Positions 26,671-39,020 of a stretch of DNA of 64,000 nt are shown piece by piece. Made by a program: the position numbers and the translations under genes. Source of the DNA: Lama guanicoe (lineage: Eukaryota); contig MU053513.1 in NCBI GenBank assembly GCA_013239625.1, forward strand, positions 3,026,927-3,090,926, in the 5' to 3' direction. Positions within the stretch are counted from its first letter, which is position 1. Each line of letters opens with the position of its first letter. The notes below the pieces were generated by a model that searched no databases, was not told the DNA's origin, and saw nothing but the letters and a program-made list of their open reading frames with translations.

Positions 26671-27499
26671 ACAAGTACCCAGGGCTATTGACACTCTGAT
26701 GGAGAGCTATGGAAATCCAAAGAAATCTCCCATACCATCTCTCACTCAATGTTCTTAAGAGACTACAAGTAGCAGCTACCAAAGGGCTAAAAGATCATGG
26801 CAATAAAACTTAAACTGAGGAAGTTCTATCAGGTAAATCTCTCCACACCCTACAGAAAAAGACTGCAGTTGCCCGCTTTTAGCATTAAAACACATGTCCT
26901 GATAGACCGAGTATTTTGAATAGTGCACATTTGAGAAACATACACCTGGATGTCCAAATTAACAGCTCCTCCCATCCCTTCCCCCCCTCCACAGTGGAAT
27001 AAAAAGAACCCCTCCCAGAGCACCCAGCTCCACCCTACTCTGTTCTACAGACACGAGGCTTGCTTAGAGATCAGATTAAAGGGGCAGATCTCAATTCCAA
27101 CTCTTCCACTTTAGAATTTAGAGTAATTCTGGGGGATAAGAGGATCAGGTTTTAATCTATACTGTAGAACAAATGGTGAAAATGTATGATGGAAAAAAGG
27201 ATTTCTAAGAATTCCTATGCTTTGAAAACACAATTTCCATCTGAATCAACATGCTAAATATAAATCATTTTATCATCAAATATTTACTATTTAAAAAAGA
27301 ACAAATCCACCCACCTACTTAGAAAAATATTTACTATTTATGTTTTCTTATCACTCCATGGCTTTTATTCTTGTTTTTTTATTTGTTTGTTTGTTTTTGT
27401 ATTCAAACATAGACTTTCTTGTACTTTTCCTCAACAGTTTCATGTGAAGTCACCTTTTTCTCTCATTTGTCTGTATCCTCTGGAGGGTAAGATCCAGCC

Positions 27500-28022
27500 C
27501 ATTGGTTCTGAACCCTCAACATGTATCAGAATCACCTGGGGAGCCTGTTAAAGCTTACCAACCGCAGCCTGATCCCCAAAGGTTCTGTTTAATTGATACT
27601 GGGTAGTTTTCACAGCTCTCCAGAGCTCTGATCCAGTTCTCACATGTGACTGCACATTGAAATAACCTACGGAGTTTTACAAACTAGTGATGCTCAGGTC
27701 CATATCCAGAGCCCTGATTTAATTGAGGTGAGTGCTACCTCCATTGATTTGGGTGTGTCCTTCACTGATTTAAGTGTGTCCTTCATTGATATAAGTGCCC
27801 TTTTATTGATCTATGTGCCCCCACCATGGATCTGAGCACAGTCTTCATTGATCTGAATGTGTCCTTCACTGACCTGAGTGTATCATTCATTTATCTGAGC
27901 ACTACCTCCATTGACCTCAGTAAAGCTTTCACTGATCTGAGTTTCACCTGGGTCTCACCTGGGTCTCAAGATTTTTCTTAAGTGCTCTGGTGATAACTTT
28001 GAAGCCAAGATGAGAACAACCT
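27500..28022. mobile_element. Two adjacent MER5A/MER5A1 elements; the second (27634-28022) is interrupted by a minisatellite
   Basis: tggttctgaaccc...tcagaatcacctggggagc; then cagttctcaca..ctgcacattgaaataacct...ctgatttaattg [array] ...ggtgataa...gccaagatgagaacaac. Confidence 0.75.
27723..27945. repeat. Degenerate 21-bp minisatellite, about 10.5 copies (consensus ~TTGATCTGAGTGTGTCCTTCA)
   Basis: Units start at 27723, 27744, 27765, 27786 (20 bp), 27806, 27827, 27848, 27869, 27890, 27911, 27932. Confidence 0.9.
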
Positions 28023-29939
28023 TACATTTCTCTAGCTGCACCCTAAGATCTAGCCCAGCAAGTGCACATGGCTGACAGCCATTAGGTTTTCTTCAATATA
28101 TAATTACAATTTCATTTAAAATTCTCTAAACTCTGATTGTACAACTTCCCACAAAATAATCAGAAACAATAAAGTTTAATTATGTTAAATATTACTATAC
28201 TTGGATTTCTATAAAGCTGCAGACCTGATTATCTCAGGAAGTATTTCCTTCTTTGACAGGCAATATCCTCACAATTAAGATGAACTGAAGAACTTTCAGA
28301 TCTCCCTATTTAACACCAACAGCCCAAAGGCCACATCAATATACACCTAATAAATCAGTACTTCGAAAACGCAATGCACTAAGGCCACATATAGATGACT
28401 CGCCTACACTTTTTAAAGACTCTAGACAGATTTTTCACTGAAAAAAATGTATCTCAACATCTAAGACTAACGGGTTTCATCAGCATAAAATAGTCTCTGA
28501 TTGCATGCACTTCACACTTCACTCCTCTCATTTGATATTGTCTAAGCGTCACCTCCACATTCCTTTCCAACAACTCACCAGACACATGCATCAGTTCCCA
28601 CACAGAGCCAGGACTGGAAAAGGATGGGGCAGAAGGACTTGGGGTAGAGGTGGGGTTGCTCTTCACTCTCCTTTGATACTCAGCTTTATGAAAGCAGAGC
28701 TTAGAGCTTCACCCATGTATGTATGTAGCCCCTCCACAAACTTGGGGAGGCCTTACACAAAGGTTCACAATAAACACTTGTGTTGAATTTCTTTAATGCC
28801 TTGGACCTAACTGCATACATATGTACTTTTATGTACACACACACACAATTTGTGCAGATTTCCTTAAAGGACCCCCTAGAAACATCAACCAATGGTTTTC
28901 CCCTGCTCTCTGGGTAAGGAACACTGCCTCTGAATCAAACTCAATCAAAATCAAAGTCAAAGGTGTGTGCATGGCTTTGTCTCTCTGTGCATCATCCTTC
29001 GGCTATAGCCAGAAAATTCCCCCGATTTGCCCTCTGTGTCCTTCAGGACCATCTCTGACATCTAGCCGTTTTACTCAGAAGGAGCGCCAAGTCAATTAAT
29101 TACTTTTGCTTTAATGATGAATCCGTTATTTTACCAAGTCAATGCTCCCAGAGCCTTGGATAGTTAAATTTTACTAATGCATTTGCCAATATATTTGGCA
29201 TATGCCAAACACTGTGTACGTGGGGGCTATTAGTAGTTATGAATAGGAAGTTACCACTCTCCATTCAAGGACAGATTCCTGCCCTATTGCAAATCTTCCT
29301 GTTAGAATCCCAAATGATACGATCCAAAGGTACTTCTTTATCTCCTTTCTGCCGAGGCCTCTGATTCTCAACATTTCCCCTTTCTTTTCCCTCTTATTCT
29401 TTTAATTTAGTAGCTCCACTGAAACACAGTTTATTCATTGTGGTCTTCCTTTTTAGGACAGCTATTTTCTCCCTACCACCTACATCCTGGCTTGCTAAGC
29501 AGAGAAGCCATTGTTTTTTTCCTGCACACAAGAGAACTACAATTATCATCAGTACCAACTAGCCCGACAGCCACTTATAAATTCTGTTTCTTTCTCAATG
29601 ATGAATTCTCTTTCCCTTTCAGATTCTCAGTCTCAACATAAGGATTTACTAATCTGGGTCTTTTTTTCCTTTTTTGTTCTTTTTTGCTTACTGCCACATT
29701 TTCAAAGGTCACTCTAGCTGAGGTGTAGGAAGAGCCTGAAAATTCAAATACGGATGGCATTTTTAATGACACTTTCCATGGCCCTGAAAGCATCTGGGTT
29801 TCAAAATATTCATTTTTATTAGTTATAACAGCAACTAACATTGTCTGAGTATTTACTGTGTGCCAGCACTGAGGATTTTATGTGTATTATTATTTCTTTA
29901 TCATAACAACCTTATGTATTATTAACTCTATTTTAAAAG

Positions 29940-30895
29940 ATGCCATCAATTTTCACCTGGACTATCAACATCATCTCCTTTCTTGTCTCCCTACATTCAT
30001 GTTCTCAACACTGCAGCCAATGGTAAAGTAAGTTGTCTTGAAACATTAAATAGATTAGGTCACTGTCTCCCACTCCACTCTACTTCCTTCCCCCATCTCT
30101 CTCCTTAGCAACATTAATGTTTTCCCGCTGCCCTCTGAGTAAAGAATAAAATCCTTAGTTGTGGCTCTGTGCTAGCCCTACCTCCATCCAGCTTCATGTC
30201 ATAACCCCATCTCCCTGGTTCTCAGTACTACAGCTAAACTGCTCCCAGCATGCTCCAGGCTCCCTCTCAGAGCCTTGAACTGAAAAAATGCCTCTCAGTC
30301 TCACTCCTTCTTCACCTATTCATTCTCAACTCTTCCTTCAGCTCAAGAGTCACTTAGTCAGGGAAGTGTTACCCAGCCTCCCAAAGTTCATATGCCCTTT
30401 TGGAGCACCAGGTCCCTCACCTCTGCACCACTTGTTGGAATTGACGACTTTGATTAACACCTACAAGCTCTAAATTGTAGAATAGATAAACAAGATTACA
30501 CTGTATAGCACAGGGAAATAAACACAAAATGTTATGATAACTCACAGAGAAAAAAATGTGACAATGAGTGTGTATATGTCCATGAATGACTGAAAAATTG
30601 TGCTGAACACTGGAATTTGACACAACATTGTAAAATGATTATAAAGCAATAAAAAAAAAATACCTACAAGCTCTAGGCTGGTGGCCCTCGAAGTGTGGTT
30701 CTAGGATCAGTAGCACAGTCCTGGGAGTGACTAAATCAGAAATCCGGGAGTAGGGTGTAGTTATCTGTGCTAAGCTCTGCTGCAGGTGCTCTGATGCTTG
30801 CTAAAACTTTAAAAGCAATGTAGACCGTAAGCTCCAAGAGAATATTTTTGGATCATCATGGTATTGTACCATATTTGATGAATGAATGAATAAAG
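29940..30895 (+). mobile_element. L2 interrupted by an L1 tail and a MER5-type element (~30677-30825)
   Basis: tcacctggactatcaaca...; ends tttgatgaatgaatgaat. Confidence 0.7.
30473..30658 (+). mobile_element. Young, severely truncated L1 3'UTR (camelid-like)
   Basis: gataaacaagattacactgtatagcacaggg...tttgacacaacattgtaaaatgattataaagcaat plus polyA; 17-bp TSD aacacctacaagctcta/aatacctacaagctcta. Confidence 0.9.
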
Positions 30896-31599
30896 ATGGC
30901 AAATCTGAGACTCTGAAAGGTTAAATAACTTGCCCAAAATCAAAGATCCAGAAAGTAACAGGATCAAGAAGTATGACTCTTTGTCACCATGTTTGCAGCC
31001 ATTTTTTCATGTCAAGAAAAACCAAGAAATATGGCTTATTCATATTTACACTGAATAATACCTGGACCAGCTTCTTGAATTCCCATTTCTCTTATACATT
31101 TTCCCATATACCCTCACTTACATAAGCATTGATGACAGAATATTAACTTGTAAATGTATAGTAAAGGTACCTAGGAGTTACTAAGAAACTTACTTTTGGA
31201 TTCTAAAGACCATAACCAGAGTGATATGAAGTGAAATTATAAAAGTCACTAAAGAATATTTCTTTAAGTGAACATAACTGATATTTAGAAAATAGCAACA
31301 TGCTACATAAAGATGAACATGATGTCAATGAATAATTTGGAAGTTACACAATAATGGAACTGGATAGTCACAACTTTCACTTATCTAAAACATTTATATG
31401 ACATCTAAAATTTCCCAGTTTATTATAGTTAGAAGTCAATTATCAATTTTCCTTATATCTTTACATACACACACCCCTATTCTAAAAACCTAATTAGTAG
31501 GTAATCATATTTAGGTGAACACAACTATTGATCTCTCATCTCTTTTATAATCATTTCAAATATCACAAAGAAATAACTTAAATTTTTGTCTTTATAGTA

Positions 31600-31700
31600 A
31601 CATGATCGAAACATTATGCTGTACACCAGAAATTGACACAATACTGTAAACTGACTCTACTTCAATTAAAAAAATTAAAATTAAAAAAAACAAAAAATGT
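31600..31700 (+). mobile_element. Extreme 3' end of L1 with A-rich tail
   Basis: tgctgtacaccagaaattgacacaa..tgtaaactgact.tacttcaatt, nearly identical to 19103-19153. Confidence 0.85.
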
Positions 31701-34019
31701 ATATAAAGTTACAATCAATCATAATGTCACCACTTCAAAAAAATTAAGGTAAAATACATGAAAGTTTTCTCCTCTGCTCTGTCAACCTCACCTTCCCAGA
31801 AGTGATCACTCTGAACTCTTTGGGGGCGTCCTACCACAATATCTTTCTAAACATACTGAGATATATCCATCGCTACCTGCAAGTGCAGATATGAATACCC
31901 ACATTTATCCACAAGTTTTGAATAAATAAAAAATAACACACTAGATATGCTGGGATACGATTTGGTTCTGCATTACTATACTACGGACAGAGGAACTTGG
32001 TGAGGATATTTATTATTAATAATCTTCAATCATGAAAAACACTGGGTCATCAGAGGACCCTAGTTAGGCTGGGATCCCAAAGCATGGATCTCAGGGGACA
32101 AGAGGAATAGGACCAGAAAATGAGAAACAAAGTCTCCTGGGAAAAGGCTTGGGGGCAATCTTTTACCCCAAGGATACTTTTGGTCACCACAGTACCGCCT
32201 CCTAATCCCCAGTGAGACACTGCATCTCTTTTTCTTGTCTACACATCTACACTTTAAGAAGCTTGGATTTGTAGACCTGGAACCAGCCATTGCTTCCACA
32301 CACTCCCTCCCTTTGTTTCAAGAATCTGGTTTCAAACTTGGATGTGTTATTATATTTCCTACACTTGTATTTTTCAGAAAATATCAGTAACAATTAAACC
32401 AAAGACTAGCTCAGCTTAAAGCCATCAAACAGTATTCAGCTAATAAGGGAGCTTACTTTAGGATATAAACAAAGCATGATAACCACCATCCAATCAGAAA
32501 ATAGTAATCCAAGCAATGCAGCGATCTTCATTGCTCCCACGTGCAGGAAACCGTGAGCTGGTTCAAGCACACAGGGTGATTTATGAGAAGGACTCAGGGT
32601 CTGCAAGGGACCCCAAAGGCATGGATGAGCTGCACTGTGGGAGCTTGCTGGAACTGGGGACTGAGATGCTCTAGAGAAGCCTGGGAGTTCTTTCTCTCTG
32701 TTGCTTGTCTCTGTTCCTCTCCCTTCATTCTTCTATTTCTGCAGAACTGATTTCACAATTTTCTCTATTTACATAGCAGAAAATGGCCACACACAAAGAC
32801 ATGCTAGGAATCTGGGAGAACCAATTACAAAGCCCCAGATGCAGGGGCTGATTAGCATGGCTTGATACAGAAACCCAATCATGGGCCAATCAGTCACTGC
32901 TAAAATGTTGTATGTACAAAAATGGTGTCTCTAGAGTCGCCACAAGGAGTTGGGCAGGTGGAATTACCAGGAAAGAGGACATGGCACTAAGTTTGGGAGA
33001 TAAGCCACTGGAAGTTTACTGCAAATTCTGTTTAGCGCAGGCCACAGTTTTCCATTTGAATACACAAACAAGCTTTCATTTAATCAAGAGTTTTAACTCT
33101 CCCAGTTGGGATAGCTTTAAATCTCAACTGCCTGACTCCTTCTGGACAAACGGGACATACAAATTAGAAAAACGAAGACTTCCAGACCAGAAAATGTAAA
33201 GCTTCTAAGGGATTTAATTCAAATATGAGCTACCAAGTGAAATCCACATTATGTGGGAAAAGTTATGAAGCATCCTATTTTAATTAATAGAGCCTTGAAA
33301 CGATTGATGAAATTTTTAAGCATGAAATCCAAGTACACATCACAGAATTTCCTTCAAGTCAAATTAGCATATGGCCACAGGACCTAACTCTGAAATAGTC
33401 ATGATAAATCACAGCCATTTAGGATGCACCGGATCTTAAGTTTCATGTAAATAATACATTAGTACCTTCAAAGGTCAGGTATCTGGAGCACATACCACTC
33501 AGGAAAAAATTACACAATATTGTAAAATGCTGATCCTGAAGACTTGGTCATATGGCATCATAACCCTTCAGTGACAGCTACACAGTCTCTAAATTAAAGT
33601 CATTATTTTTTCATCAAAAGTGGCTCCTGTAAAACAGAAACACAGTTCTGCTACTCATGAACTCAAAAGATATTTTTCTTTAAGGAAGTGGCAAGTGCTC
33701 TCTGGCTGGGGAGATTTGTCTGCATTACAAAGCCCACTACATAATTCAGCAGTCTGGGCCAGCATCAGTCCCGTAGAGGCAGAGCATCTGTCTTCAATTC
33801 TAGATTTTGTGATTCAGAGCTTCTACTTGGGTTACATCAGGAGTAAATGTGGCAATCTCCATAACCAGTCACACCCTTCTATCTCTTAAGAGTTTCCAGT
33901 CACTGCAAAATAACCCCAATGAGCATCTGGAACCACGTGAAACTTAAATCCACTGAAGGAAAGAAAGGACTTTATGCCACGGACACAAAGTTTGCTCCAC
34001 TTCACAGAAGTGAGCTCCT

Positions 34020-35355
34020 TTAAGCTTCCCTGGCACTGCCACATCCTGGTTTCCTCCTCCACATCAGCCCCTCCTACTCCTGCCAGGACCTGCCCTGAGT
34101 TCCCCGCTCTTCACATTTGATGCATTCCCCCTCAGCCTCCCCTAGAGTTTCAATTTCCATATGGCTATTGGCTCTGATCTGTCTTCTAACTTCCAGAACC
34201 AAAACTCCACCTACAGATGAAAATCTCCACTTGGCTCTCACAGGCACCTCAAATTCTGCATATCTAAAATCTACGCCATCCTCCCCTGATCCCCACCAAA
34301 TAAATCTGTTCCTCCTCCTGTGCTCCCTTCATCAGTGAATAGCACCACCATCTTTTTCAGGGCCCAAGAAGAACCCCTGAGAGAATGTTGAATCCTCTCT
34401 TTCCCTCCCTATTCATGTATAATTAGTTACCAAAGCCTGTCGAGACTATCACCTAACTATATCTCAAGTCTATCTACTTCTCTCCATCCCTGCAGCCACT
34501 ACCTTAGATTAGATGGCTGATATTTTCCACCCAAACTGCTGCAACAAAATGTTTCCATGCCTCCAGTCTTGCTAAATCCCAACCATCCTCAATACTGCTA
34601 TCACAGTGACTGGCCAAAGGTGTAAATCTGTTCATGTCACTCATCTGAATAAAACTGTCCTCCAGTGCTCTTAATATAAAGACAAAACCCAGTAACAGTG
34701 GTTCTCAAACAGGGGCAATTTCACCCCTACCCCCAAGTAACATTTGGCAATGTCTGGAGACATTTTTGGTTGTCACAACTAAGGGAGGCTACCAGAGACC
34801 ACTGATGTGTCTAAACATCCTTAATGCACAGGACAGCTCCCAGCCCCACCCCAGCAAAGAATTATCTGGTCCAAAATGCGAACAGTGCTGAGATCAAGAA
34901 ACCCAAAAGGCACGGAGGGCTCTGCTTAACCTTCTTACCTTCTTATGATTTCCTGCCTTCTACACCAGCCCCCTTGACCTAACCTCAATGAACTGGTCAA
35001 ATGAGACTTCTTCTCAAAGACATCGCGATCTCACTCTCCTCTCAGTCGTCCTACACACTATGTGTTCAGCCTGGAATACTGTCCCTATGGTTCACTTGCT
35101 TTCTTTACCTGACTAATTCATAGTCTCCCTTAGGTTTCAGCTTTGATATCACTTACACTAGGAATACTTTCCTGCTCCAAGAACTAGGTGCCCCTCAGCC
35201 CAATCAGCTCCCTGTCCTTTCCTGTCTTATAATTGCCTGTTGTCTTATCAGTGACCCAGACAGGTCCAGGCCTAGCTTGCCTTCTGTTTAGTTCTCAGCA
35301 TCTAGCCCAAAGCCTTTCACACACAGTTGGCACTTGCACACTTGTTAAATGAAAG
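34020..35355 (+). mobile_element. L2 (long fragment) interrupted by MER20
   Basis: Pyrimidine-rich L2 body (caggcacctcaaa, tctacttctctccatccc), ending ttgttaaatgaa. Confidence 0.8.
34696..34904 (+). mobile_element. MER20 (hAT-Charlie)
   Basis: cagtggttctcaaacaggggcaatt...catttggcaatgtctggagacatttttggttgtcacaact...aattatctggtccaaaatg. Confidence 0.9.
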
Positions 35356-35692
35356 TATGATTTAAAGTCAACATCACTGGTAATCATCGAACTATCCAAT
35401 ACTCTTCATTTAGCGCATCTTCATCAACAGCCTTAAAATCAGCAGCCTTGTCTATACTTCTGAACCCCAAAAGAAAGGAAGCTTTATCAAGTTCATAAAA
35501 GTGGCAAAGATGCCCTGTGACATGAGTCAATGTGCTTAGAGTTGTTGAAAGCTATGCTGGTGAGTAAAACTGCTGTAATCGGGTGAGTTTTTGGAAACCA
35601 GCCATCTGATCTGGCTTTAATAACAATGAAGCATGGCAAAACAGCACATTAAAAAAGTAAGTATTCAATCAAGTACTGTCCCAGAGGGGAAA

Positions 35693-35727
35693 ACACACAC
35701 AAACACACACACACACACACACACACA
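35693..35727. repeat. (CA)n microsatellite
   Basis: Directly visible. Confidence 0.95.
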
Positions 35728-35889
35728 GAATTTCAGTTCTTGGGTAAAGCTAGATGAAAGAAACCAAGTGAAACACGAAGAATAAGTAGATATTATTTTC
35801 CATCCAAAGATATCAAAAAAAAAAAATACCTGGCAATGGCTTGCTGAGCAACTGGGAAAGAAAAGGACACTGAATCAATTCCTCTGGCT

Positions 35890-36037
35890 CAGAGTTTCAG
35901 GGAGTGTGTAACCCAGAAGAGCAGACCTGCACCTCAGAAATGCCTAACTGGAAACTCCAGAGGTGGGGACTAGCAATCTGTGTTTCAACAAGCCCTGCCG
36001 GGCATTCTGCTGCCTACTGAAGTTTGAGAACAGCTCC
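35890..36037. mobile_element. MER5A fragment
   Basis: ggtggggactagcaatctgtgtttcaacaagccc...aagtttgagaacagct. Confidence 0.75.
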
Positions 36038-36525
36038 CTAATTCATCCTATACCGAGGGCAAAACTCCATCTTCACAATAACAGCAGTCATATAGGCCCT
36101 ACTGTATACCAGACCGTGCTCTAAGCTGTGTATACATTAATTCACACAATAATAATACTATTACATTCCCATTTACAGATGAGGAAACAGATGGACAGTA
36201 TTCTGTCCATACAAATTATAGAAACTTCTGATTTTCCTTAAAGAATTACCCCAGAATCTGAGCTTCTGAGCTTTAGGACTCCTTGCTAAAATCTTTCTCC
36301 CTCTTACCAACCTCTTTTAAGGGTTGCCCTGTCACCCATACCACACTCATTTCAGAACTGCTAATCCTTGAACTTTATTAGGCAATTTAATGAATAGGGC
36401 AGAATCCCATCTAGCAGTTATAAGGGTACTCCCACTAATCCTTGAACTTTATTCTCGAATCAAGTGTATGCCTGTTCCTGGCTTCCCTCGGGGAACTTAC
36501 CCCCCACAACACAATTCCTCTAGCC

Positions 36526-37972
36526 CAGCAGCTCTCAAAGTGTCGTCCACAGATCTTGAGAGTGGGGAGGTCCCTGCGACCCCACTGGGGGACTATAAGT
36601 GCAAAACGGTTTTTATAATACTCAAGTGTATTTGCCTTTTTTTTTTTTTGGTTTTTGTTGACATTGGCACCAAAGATACAAAAGCAGTGGTAGCAGGTAA
36701 AAGTGTTAGTGCCTTAGCGTGAATTAAGGCAGTGGCACCACACTGCATTAGCAGTCACTGTGTTCCTCAAGGCCATGCACTTGTAATAAAATAAATAGAG
36801 GTTTCAATTAAGGGGGTTCTTAATAGAGCAGTAAGAATTACTAATTTTATTAAACCTTGAGTACACTTCCTTTTAATATTCTATTGATGATGAAATGGGG
36901 AAAATGCATGAAGCACTTCTGTACACGTAAATATAATTGTTACAAGGAAAAGCACTTGTTTGAGTCACGAGCTCAACTAGTTGCTTTTTTCATTGAACCC
37001 AATTTTTATTTGAAAGAAAACTAACAAAGTACGATTACTTAGAGTTGGGCATTTGGCAGATCTTTTCTTGAAAAATGGATGAAGTGATCCTACAACTTCA
37101 AGAAAAACAACTAACAGTATTTGATGGCAATGATAGAAATCTCATTTTCAAATAAAAATTAGGATTTTCTAAAACTTCCATCTGCCACCATGAGCTTGAC
37201 AGCTTCCCAGTACTTAAAAGACTTTTCTGATGAAACATTTGTGAGGCAATATTAAGGAATACAACTTTTGACTACTGTGTAATGAAATGTGTCAACATTT
37301 GAAAGATCTTCATTAACTCAGTGAACCAGTATTTTCAAATGACCAATGCAGTATGTGACAAAATCATGCTTGGGTAAAAAATCCACTCAAAGTGCAAGCT
37401 AGACCAATGGATTTTAATGTAACAGAATATGAAAAGTCCATTGATTCAGTTTCAGATTTCACACTGCAACTAACCTTTAAGAAATTACCACTTGGAGTTC
37501 TGCTGTAGTACCAAAGCAAAATGTTCCTAATTATCTGAAAAGGCTATTCAAATGCTCCTCCCTTTTCCAACTACACATACGTGTGAAGTTGAATTTTCTT
37601 CACCGAGTTCAACCAACACAACATATTGCAACAGATTAAATGTAGAAGCAGATATGGGAATTCAGCTGTCTTCTATTAAGACAGACATTAGAGAGATGTG
37701 CAAAGAATTTTTTAACGCTACAATTCTCACTAATTTTTTTGGAAAATATAATTACTTCTTATAAATATATATTATTTGTGCTAACATGTAATGGTTTTTA
37801 ATTCATTCATTACTTTAAAATGAATTAATAAATATTTTAGTCTTCCTAGTTTTAATTTCTAATACCATAAATAATCAATACCTATAACTCACATAAACAA
37901 AAGGTTTTTAAGATTCTTAGTGCTTTTTAAGAGTGTAATGGGGTCCTAAGACACAAAATTTGAGAAGCACTG
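36526..37972 (+). mobile_element. Near full-length Charlie1a-like hAT DNA transposon with dead transposase remnant
   Basis: TIRs cagcagctctcaaa / tttgagaagcactg; 8-bp TSD ctctagcc/ctctaatc; degenerate hAT segment VDIGTKDTKAVVAGK..ALA*IKAVAPHCISSHC with stops. Confidence 0.88.
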
Positions 37973-38291
37973 CTCTAATCTATAAAACCCTCTTCCTTGC
38001 ATATAGTTCTCTAAGGTCCTACTCAGTGTCTCAGATTACTTCCCTTTCAAAAGTCTTCCCTGCTTTACATCCAATCAACTCTAATCACATCTTTATTCCA
38101 GAATCCTTCACTGTACATGTAACATAGCTCAGATCTTTACACATTTATAAGCCCAATTTGAGTAAACAAGACCTGTGACTGCAACTCAGCTAGTTCACTT
38201 ACTAGAGTGACCTTGAAAAAACTCTTTGCTCTAAGCCTCAGTATCTTCATTTATAAAACAGAGACAACCATGGTGCCTACTTCATTACAGT

Positions 38292-38651
38292 TGTTGGGAA
38301 GATGTATGTGTCCCCCTAAAATTTATAGTTCAAGCCCTAAACCCCAGTAGGGCTGCGTTTGGAATAAGAAAGAAATTAAAATTGAGGTCATAAACATGAG
38401 CCCCTGACCTGATGGGATTGGGGTCCTTAGAAAAAGAGACACCAGAGAACTAGCTCTTTCTCTGTCATGTGAGGATACAGTGAGAAGGTGGCTGTGTGCA
38501 AGGCAGGAAGAGGGCCTTAACAAGAAACCAAATCAGCCAGATCTTCTCTTGAACTTCTAACCTCCAAAATGGTGAGAAAATTAATTTCTGTTGTTTAAGC
38601 CACCACCCAACCCATGGTATATTGCTATGGCAGCACGAGCAGACTAAGACA
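38292..38651 (+). mobile_element. MLT1A/B LTR inserted into a MIR (MIR ~38150-38290 and ~38655-38730)
   Basis: tgtgtccccctaaaattta...tgtgaggatacagtgagaagg...ggcagcacgagcagactaagaca. Confidence 0.85.
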
Positions 38652-38744
38652 CAGGATAAACAAGATAAGAAGGGTGAAGCATTTAGCACAGTTCCTGTAC
38701 ATAGTAAATGCAATAAATTGTCCCTGTTATTACTAGTATTACTC

Positions 38745-39020
38745 ACTCAGTAAATATTTATTTAGTGTCCATTCTAGTCTCCTGCCATCCTGGAGCTTAC
38801 AATCTTGGGGAAGTGGTAGGGGGTGGGGCAGACCAGGTTGAAACAAATAATTATTTTAAAAATATACAACTATAGTTGTGTTAAATGTTGTGGAAGACAT
38901 CAAGGATGCTAAGAGAAGATATAAAAGCGACACCAAATGTAGGCTAGAAAGGAAATAGACATTTAGGAAGGCATCTTTGAGGAAATGACACTTATGCCTT
39001 CACCAAAGGATGAAGAGAAG
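38745..39020 (-). mobile_element. L2 3' fragment
   Basis: cactcagtaaatatttatttagtg...cctgccatcctggagcttacaatct. Confidence 0.65.

Noticed and set aside
27723..27945. CRISPR-like or heptad-coding reading of the 21-bp array
   Set aside because: No unique spacers, no cas genes, eukaryotic context, and a 20-bp unit plus stop codons break the frame.
29184..29209. 16-bp palindrome tttggcatatgccaaa with NFI half-sites
   Set aside because: Spacing is N4 rather than the NFI N5, and about one such palindrome is expected by chance in 64 kb.
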